From Eledone cirrhosa (Eukaryota), in NCBI GenBank assembly GCA_964016885.1, contig OZ024741.1:360654001-360718000 (forward strand): DNA of 64,000 bases, in the 5' to 3' direction. The notes under the pieces are model-generated. The model was not told the DNA's origin, made no database searches, and was given only the letters and a program-made list of their open reading frames with translations. The position numbers were made by a program, and so were the translations under genes. How positions within the stretch are numbered: the stretch's first letter is position 1; every line of letters begins with the position of its first letter. This document shows, in pieces, positions 55,149 to 64,000 of the stretch.

Positions 55149-55429
55149 GGAAGTCACTTGGAGACCAAAATGTTCTCTAACCCAGGACCTCAAGTTGCTT
55201 TAATCTGTCCCTGATACAGACCTATCAACTCTCCCCAAACGACAAGGAGATCTCCCACCCACGTAGGGTGGGTGAGAGATGTCTTCTCTTGTGAAAATGG
55301 GTATAGCTTTCATTATGTAAAATCTTCCCACTTTGCTTCATTTCTACCTATTGTGGGGCACTTTGTTCCATGGTACTCCCCTTTGGGGGTTTTAGAGGTT
55401 GGCAGGTCTGCTGATAGTGTGTCTGTGAA

Positions 55430-55825
55430 TTGTGTTTATGTGTGTGTGTGTGTGTGTACAAACGATCATGTGTGAGAATCATGCTTGTGCGTATGTGAGT
55501 GTGTGCATATGTACACGTGTATGCATGAGAATTGTGCCTGTGTGCGTGTATGTACAGAAGTGCATATGTATGAATTGTACTTTTGTGTGTGTGTATGTGT
55601 GCATGTATGCATGTAATTGTATATGGCAGCGTGTGTAAACATGTCTTCATTAAGGCATGAGTGTATTTGTGTAACTATGTAATTTTTAGTATACCTTTAT
55701 CTGTGTGAGTGTGTGTGTGAGCATGGATGTGTGTGGGGGGGGTGTCAGTGCGTGTGTGTGTGTGCATGGCTGTGTGTTTGTGTGCATGACTGTGTGTGTA
55801 TGAGTGTGCATGGCTGTGTGTACAT
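55430..55825. repeat. (GT)-rich degenerate microsatellite
   Basis: Seen directly. Confidence 0.85.
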
Positions 55826-57586
55826 GGTTTTATGTGGTACAGGACTTTAAGAGTTAGTATCAAATACCAAATCAGGTTTGTTGTTTATGAATGTCTTATA
55901 CATGATTAAATAATAAAAATACTTCATTAGCTTGTATTGTTGAATTTATTGTATTCCTGGCAGAGGATGCTTCCCTGTGGTTAACTGTTCTGTTAGAAAT
56001 GGCAGCCAAGTCTCTCTCAAACTATACCTTACTGTCAGACCACAAATGTATTCCATCATGGCTGACCTGGGGGGCTAAAATTCATGAAGATGCTCCCTGG
56101 TTTTATAGTTGACTAGGTAATCAAGATATGTGATTAGTATTTGAAATGTCATATGATTCTGTGTCCAGTGTCAGTGTTATTTCTGTACACTGTATTTATT
56201 ATGAGCTGTTGAGAATAAATGAATAAACAAATGAATGAATGACCAGATGATATTTATAGAGAACTACAAGTGTTGTAATGCAACAACAGAAAAATTGTAG
56301 CAGCATCATGAAAAATGGCATTATAATTCTATTTGTGTCCAATAACTGATGTGAATGGTTCTGAGACATATAAGAAAGAACAAGAACAAGTGTTTAAGAC
56401 CATTTTTTTCTGTCTTGAAAGCCCCATGACATGCTTCTTTATTTTGCACTATCATCTGCATCTTTCCTCGCCAAATCTCTGGCTTTAATTTCCTATTCCA
56501 TCATCTTTAAACAAGTCTTTCATAGTCTTCCCTTTCCTTTACTTTCTTCCATATTTATCTTTACCACACTTCTCACCAAGTCACTTTCATTCTTCCTCAA
56601 CACAAGACTCAAGCATCTTTTTTCGTGTAAGATAGTTTTTTTTAAAAGCTACGAGAAAGCTGTAAGGAGGTCATTTGGAGGAGATACCCATGACCTTTTA
56701 AATAACCTAAACCAGTGAAATGGCAAATGACATATTTAAAAACTGGACTACATCACCAACAATTTTTTTTTGTTTTGTTTTTTTTATCAGCTGTTTTTGA
56801 TGACAGGGATTGGATGGGACATTTTGAGGAAATGTTTTATGGCTTGGTCTATATATTTTCATAGGGGGCAAATTGGCAGAGTCGTTAGAACATCGGATAG
56901 AATGCTTTATGGTATTCATTCCCACTCTCTGCTCTTTGAGTTCAAATCCCGCCCAGATCAACTTTGCCTTTCATCCTTTCGAGATTGATAAAAAAAGTAT
57001 CAGTCTAGTACTGGGTGGATTCTTCTTCTATATCTCTTTCTTATTTCCTCATGCTCACTTTCTATCTTTCTCTGGATGAAATCTGCTGTACTCAGACCTG
57101 GGGAGGGATGGGCCCCACCAGGCTTACAATGCCCAAGAAATGCAGTATTAAACCACATTTATTAAACCACAAAGTTACAGGTTGTAAACAAACTGCAATA
57201 GTTTTTAAGTGATGTCAACATAAATACAAACATGGTTTCAAACACACATAGACACATATAAATACATATATAGATATGCATATACACACACAAATACACA
57301 TACACATATACATAATTAATTGTTTCTACTTTTGGCACAAGGCCAACACATATACATAATTAATAAGTAGGAACGAGGTGTCAGACAGTCATCATTAAGT
57401 TTGTTCATGTGTGACATGCATTTCGCAATTGATCAGCTTAAGATTCTGTCTGTATTGATCATGCCCGACTCTGGAATCAATAGCTCATCAGATTCTTGGA
57501 TTGGTTAAGCTATATATATATATATATTCATATATATATATATATACTATATATATATATATTCATATATATATATATACTATTTT

Positions 57587-60500
57587 GTTGCTGCCCATGT
57601 CTCACTACCATACAGCATCGCGCTCCTCATACAGGCATCATATAACCGGCCTTTCGTACGCAGGGAGAAACCCTTCTTCGTCAGCAGAGGAAGCAGCTCC
57701 CTAAACTTCTTCCAACCCGTCCTTATTCTAGATACTATGGCCTCGGAACACCCCCCTCCCATGCTAATCTGATCTCCTAGGTACCGGAAGCTATCAACCA
57801 CTTCTATAGCACCCGCCTGCATTTGAAAAATGTGTCTATTAATGCGACTTCTAATGTCTAATTTCCCTGTACATCTACTGCTTACGTATTTCTCCCTACC
57901 TGCTAGTTCGCCTGCTATCCCACTACATCTCTTGTGTACATTTTATAGAATTTATGCCAGTTCCTTTTCTGCATATCGAACATGGCCATTTCCCTGATGG
58001 AATCAGAGTTTTGTCCTCTTTTCTACTCATCAACACTTTTGTCTTAGCTAGGTTCACTCTCAGTCCTCTTGCTTCCAACTGCTGTTTCCATAGCCAGAAT
58101 TTATTCTCTAGCTCCTCTACTGATTCTGCTATAAGAACCAGAACGTCAGCATAGAGAATTTCCCATGGACATCCAGTCTTAAACTCCTCTGTTATGGCTT
58201 GGAGGACTATAATGAACAAGAGCGGGCTGAGGACCGAACCTTGATGTACTCCTACTTGTATCTGGAATTCCTCACTAAACTCCATTCCTACCCTTACTTT
58301 ACTGACAGCACCTCTGTACAAAGCTTGCACTGTCCTCACAAGCCATTCCTCAACACTCTTAGGGTCCTTAGGGACCACCAGATGACAGATCGGGGTACCC
58401 TATCAAAGCCTTCTCTAGGTCAACAAAAGCTAAGTATAGTGGCTTATTCTTCTCTAAGAACCTCTCTTGTAATTGTCTCACCAAGAAGAGGGCATCTGTT
58501 GTAATTTTCCCAGGCAAAAAACCAAACTGCATCTCATCTAATTAGTTGTGCTAATATCCTTTCTGCCACTTTCATAACCTGATCCATCAGTTTTATACCC
58601 CTATAATTGCTCCTCTCCAAAGCATCCCCTTTACTTTTGTAGCAATTTATGAGAATACTGCTGCACCAGTCTTTGGGTATGACACCACCATATATAGCTT
58701 GATTGATGATGAGTGCAACAAGTTTAGTGCCTACGTCCCCTGACGCCCTCAGCATCTCAGCAGCTATCCCCGACGGTCCAGCAGCCTTACCATTTTTCAT
58801 TTCCTTAATCGCCTCTTGGACCCTACATTCATCGATCTCAATAGCTGGTCCCTCTGTCGGATCTACTGAGATTAATTTCTCTCTCTCCCATTCATTCTCC
58901 ACATTCATCAGTCTCTCATAATGACATTTCCAGGCCTCCTTTTTCTGATCATTTGTGACACTAAGTACACCGGCATCATTCCGGACACATTTATCTCTAA
59001 CAACATCCTGATTTGCATTGACACACTGCCTTGCAATGTGGAGCACTGCACGCCTCTGATCTTCCCGTCGCAGATCATTGGCAAACCTCCTACTCTCAGC
59101 TTCCCTGCGTGCTAAGTACACCTGACGTCTAGCTTCTCTCTTAGCAGCTGTATATCCTTCTCTACTCCCACCCTTTTTCCAAGCCTTCTATGCTAGTCTT
59201 TTGTCTCTAATGGCCTTATCTACCGTGCCATTCCACCACCAGGTCACTCTCTGTCTGGTTGGAGCTCTGCTCCAGCCACAAGTTTCATCAGTAGCCTGCA
59301 GTAAGTTGTCACGTAAGAAATTCCAGTTATTATCTATGTCATACGACTCTAAATCGTCTTCTTTTTCGTCATACACATCTTGAAGGGCTTTCCTAAATTT
59401 GTATTTTAGTGAAAGGTCTTTTAGCTTCCAGACCTTTCTTCTCCACACCTTCCTGTATGTCTCATTCCATCTCTTGCTTACTGAGATATCACTAACGACT
59501 AGCCTATGCTGTGGGGTACATTCTTCCCCAGGGTATGCCTTGGTATTTGACACCATCTGCCTGTCCCGCTGCCTAACTAGTAAGAAGTCAATCTGGCTTA
59601 TGTGCTCGCCAGATTTGTAGGTTATTAGGTGGTTGGCAGGTTTCTGGAAGTTAGTGTTGCAAATGGTCAGTGTACTTGCATCACAAAATTCAAGAAGTCT
59701 CCCTCCTTCTTCATTTCTTGAGCCACAAACGTGCCCACCATGTACCCCATTTTAACCATCCTGGAGCTGTCCAGCATGACCATTGAAGTCCCCTGCTAGC
59801 ATAACGATGTCTCCGTCCTCTGTCATTGCGGCTGTTTGTAAATGTTGCTCGTAAAAGCAGTCTTTCTCTTCTTTACCTAGGCCTGCTTGGGGAGCATAGG
59901 CAGAGATGATTGTCAGTAGTCTCCTACCTACAACTAATCTAAGCTTAATTATTCGATTATTAACTTGAACTACCTCTATTGTCTTATTGATCCATTTCTC
60001 AGGAAAATGCCTACTCCCCCTAACCCATCATCCTTACCTACCCAGAAAAGCTTATAACTAAGATGTTTGCCTGCAATTAGTCTCACAGAGGCACCTCTCC
60101 ATCTCACCTCTTGCACGCAGCACACATCCACATGCCTTCTCTCCAGCACCTCCGCTATTTCACCAGATCTACCTGTGAGAGTGCCAACATTAAGTGTTGC
60201 AACTCTGAGATGCGACGTCTTTATATTTTTGTTGTTCCTTTTCCTGTAGTGCGATTGCTTGAAGACGGTCGGCACCAGCCACCCCACTACCATGCGCAGC
60301 CCTAACATGGTTAGTGCTATTGCTGTTTAAGCAGTTATTGCGATATATATATTTGCTGCTGTGCTCATAATTGCTTTGGCATTGATATGCTGGTTGGATG
60401 CCTTTCCTAACACCAGTGCCACTTTACAGCATGGACTGGGTTCTTTTATTCGTGCCACCAGCACTAGAGAGGATGTCTTACTGGACTCATGGGCCCTCTC

Positions 60501-60860
60501 TACCCCTCCATTTTACAGCATGGTCATAACAATAATAACAATAACAATAACACTATTAATAGTTATTAATTAATGCAACCGTGCAATGCCTGTGCATGAA
60601 GAATATTTTTAAAGTGAGGAAAGACTGTGCACTGAGCCAATCCCACTCTCTGAGCGACAGTAGCTATAACCCAAAAAGAAGAAAAGATCAACATCATCGG
60701 TAACTACTGAGCCGCAGGTTTTAAGTCGGAGTTAATCCAGTTTCCTGGGATGTCTTCTCCTAGCAGAATGCTCTGACAAGGGCTAGGGGTCCTTCGCTCC
60801 CAGTTGTTTAATTGCGCGATAGGGTATCCAGCTCGATTATTTCTATGTCCCCGCGCAAAA
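57587..60860 (-). mobile_element. RTE LINE family C with 5' UTR, APE and RT; 3' end missing; pseudogenised
   Basis: ATG at 60308; [50 protein letters not shown]; breaks after GSETWAAT into TA; 5' boundary approximate. Confidence 0.92.
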
Positions 60861-60920
60861 AAAAAAAATAAATGAAATATATATATATATATATAAAATA
60901 TATATATAATATATATATAT

Positions 60921-61798
60921 ATCATCATCATCATCATCATTTAACGTCTATCTTCCACGCTAGCATGGGTTTACACGGGAATTGTCCCACTTGAGGCAAA
61001 ATTGGTCGGGTGACCATGTCTCGCTCATATAGGACTGTCTGGCAGGTTTTCTACGGCTGGATGCCCTTCCTAACACCAACCACATTTACAGTGTGGACTG
61101 GGAACTTTTTACCGTGTTACTTACACGGCCACATTACAGCGTCGACTGCGTGTTTTTTTGTCGTGACACCTACTCGACCTCATTTATTTTGGACTGGATG
61201 TTGTGGTACCAACATAACTTTACAGAGAAAGGGTGGTGTTGGTGGGAGTGGGGATGGAGTAGGGGTAGTGGGATGGGGGTGTATATTTGGTTAAGAGGTG
61301 CCTACTGACTGTAGGTTTCGCTTTGTACATAGGCAAGGCAGGTCTTCTGTATTACTGCGTGACGCCAAAGATCTCGGTCCAGTGACATTGTCTTGGAGAG
61401 GTGTAAGTGTGTAAGGTCGGAATTTATCAAATCATCCCAGGTTTTTCTGGGTCTACCTACTCCGTAATTTCCATCAATTTTGATCGCCCTGCACTTTTTT
61501 ATACAGCTGTCGTCTTTCATGCGCATCATGTGACCATACCAACATAGTCTTCTCTCGAGTAAACAGCATCTGATCCCTCTTATTCCTAATTTCTCACTTA
61601 GTTCATTTATGCTTTGCCGTTCGTGTATATTACACATCCAACGGAGCATGCATGCTTCATTCCTCTCCAGTCTGTGCAGGTCCTCTGCACACAATGCCCA
61701 GGTCTCACTGCCATGTAACATTGCTGTTCATATGCAGGCATCATACAGCCTGCCTTTCATTTTTAGAGAGAAACGTTTAGCGGCCAATAGTGGTATAA
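60921..61798 (-). mobile_element. RTE family A variant, 5'-truncated
   Basis: [24 protein letters not shown]; A-type 3' UTR; TA flanks. Confidence 0.9.
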
Positions 61799-61822
61799 TA
61801 TATATATAAAATATATATATAT

Positions 61823-62312
61823 ATAATATTTTTTTTTTTGTCGTTTTAGCAACCTCCACAATGCAGATGGGTAAATCTCCGGGTAACAGAATCCGGTGGT
61901 GGAGAGATGTAAGGGAGTGTAGAATGAGATGTATAGTGTGTAGAGAAACGTAAGAAAGAGTGTAAAAAATAAAAATAAAAACACGAGGTAGAGTTACCTT
62001 GAGAGAGATTTAATTGCCCCTATATTTCGGATTCGCATCCATCAACTGGGGGTTTTTCCGGGGGGGAAAGTTATCTGTTGGAGAGGAACGGTACGTGGCC
62101 TCTGTTGTCCGCTGTTTGTATGTATTTTTTAACGCTCTTTTCTACGTTCCTCTACACACTATACATCTCATTCTACACTCCCTTACATCTCTTCACCACC
62201 ACCAGATTCTGTTACCAGGAGATTTACCCATCTGCATTGTTAAGGCTTCCAAAACGACAAAAAAAAAAAATGTTATTATTCCACAATGCTTCAAGCAAAT
62301 TTCAATACTCTC
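61823..62312. mobile_element. Inverted-repeat element (~160-bp arms), related to the flanks of the PLE at 3690
   Basis: Arms ~61823-61980 and ~62115-62279; matches 3605-3670 and 4999-5016. Confidence 0.7.
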
Positions 62313-62362
62313 ATATATATATATATAAAATATATATATATATAAAATATAATATATATAAA

Positions 62363-62395
<33 letters not shown>

Positions 62396-62440
62396 TATAT
62401 ATAAAATATATATATATATATAAAATATAATATATATAAA

Positions 62441-62473
<33 letters not shown>

Positions 62474-62731
62474 TATATATAAAATATATATATATATATA
62501 TATAAAATATAATATATATAAAATATATATATATATATATATATATAAAATAAAATATATATAAAATATATATATATATAAAATAAAATATATATAAAAT
62601 ATATATATATATAAAATAAAATATATATAAAATATATATATATATATAAAATATAATATATATAAAATATAATATATATAAAATATATATATATATATAA
62701 AATATAATATATATAAAATATAATATATATA
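62313..62731. repeat. (TA)nAAAATATAA array
   Basis: Seen directly. Confidence 0.95.
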
Positions 62732-62738
62732 TTAGATA

Positions 62739-64000
62739 GTAGATAAGGCTATTAGAGACAAAAGACGAGCATGGAAGGCTTGGAAAAAGGGTGGGAGTAG
62801 GGAAGAATATACAGCCACTAAGAGAGAAGCTAGGCGTCAGGTGTACTTAGCACGCAGGGAGGCAGAGAGTAGGAGGTTTGCCAATGTTCTGCGACGGGAA
62901 GATCAGAGGCGTGCGGTATTCCACATTGCAAGGCAGTGTGTCAATGCAAATCATGATGTTGTTGGAGATAAATGTGTCCGGGATGATGCCGGTGTACTTA
63001 GTGTCACGAATGATCAGAATAAGGAGGCCTGGAAATGTCATTATGAGAGACTGATGAATGTGGAGAACGAATGGGAGAGAGAGAAATTACCCTTGGTAGA
63101 TCCAACAGAGGGACCAGCTATTGAGATTGATGAATATAGGGTCCAAGAGGCGATTAGGGAAATGAAAAATGGTAAGGCTGCCGGACCACCGGGAATAGTT
63201 GCTGAGATGCTGAAGGCATCAGGGGACGTAGGCACTAAACGCATCATCAATCAGGCTATATATGGTGGTGTCATACCCAAAGACTGGTGCAGCAGTATTC
63301 TCATAAATTGCTACAAAGGTAAAGGGGATGCTTTGGAGAGGAGCAATTATAGGGGTATAAAACTGATAGATCAGGTTATGAAAGTGGCAGAAAGAATTTT
63401 ACACAACTAATTAGAGAAAGGGTCAAACTAGATGAGATGCAGTTTGGTTTTGTGCCTGGGAAGAGTACAACAGATGCCCTCTTCTTGGTGAGATGATTGC
63501 AAGAGAGGTTCTTAGAGAAGAATAAGCCACTATACTTAGCCTTTGTTGACCTAGAGAAGGCCTTTGATAGGGTACCCCGATCTGTCATCTGGTGGTCCCT
63601 AAGGAAGCTAGGTGTTGAGGAATGGCTTGTGAGGACAGTGCAAACTTTGTACAGAGGTACTCTCAGTAAAGTCAGGGTAGGAATGGAGTTTAGTTAGGAA
63701 TTCCAGATACAAGTAGGAGTACATCAGGGTTCGGTCCTCAGCCCGCTCTTGTTCATTTTAGTCCTCAAAGCCATAACAGAGGAGTTTAAGACTGGCTGTC
63801 CATGGGAACTTCTCTATGCTGACGATCTGGTTCTTATAGCAGAATCAGTAGAGGAGCTAGAGAATAAATTCTGGCTATGGAAACAGCAGTTGGAAGCAAG
63901 AGGACTGAGAGTGAATCTAGCTAAGACAAAAGTGTTGATGAGTAGAAAAGAGGACAAAACCCTGATTCCGTCAGGGAAATGGCCGTGTTCGATATGCAGA
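62739..64000 (+). mobile_element. RTE LINE family C, 5'-truncated, runs off window
   Basis: Aligns to the reverse complement of ~57970-59225; RT motifs with stops. Confidence 0.95.

Overview
Eukaryotic, AT-rich, repeat-dominated animal DNA. The repeat repertoire suggests a cephalopod/octopus genome (inference). No prokaryotic genes, CRISPR, rRNA or true tRNA genes were seen. From ~8 to 37 kb, mostly 5'-truncated retroelements sit inside strand-polarised (TA)n/CA microsatellite arrays: RTE LINEs (families A and B), Penelope-like elements (PLEs; RT+GIY-YIG) and tRNA-derived SINEs. The rest holds RTE family C (one near-full-length copy), Helitrons, piggyBac-type MITEs, many SINEs, R4-like and CRE-like remnants, and one candidate host exon (1396-1574, minus). 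Main second-look items: (1) several PLE-associated hammerhead ribozyme motifs, including core variants; (2) RTE families whose 3' UTR contains a pseudoknot-like module that family C carries in its 5' UTR; (3) a PHD finger inside the RTE reverse transcriptase; (4) the TA-array landing pad itself. The long IYIY ORFs are microsatellite artefacts. All calls were made by eye, and boundaries are approximate.
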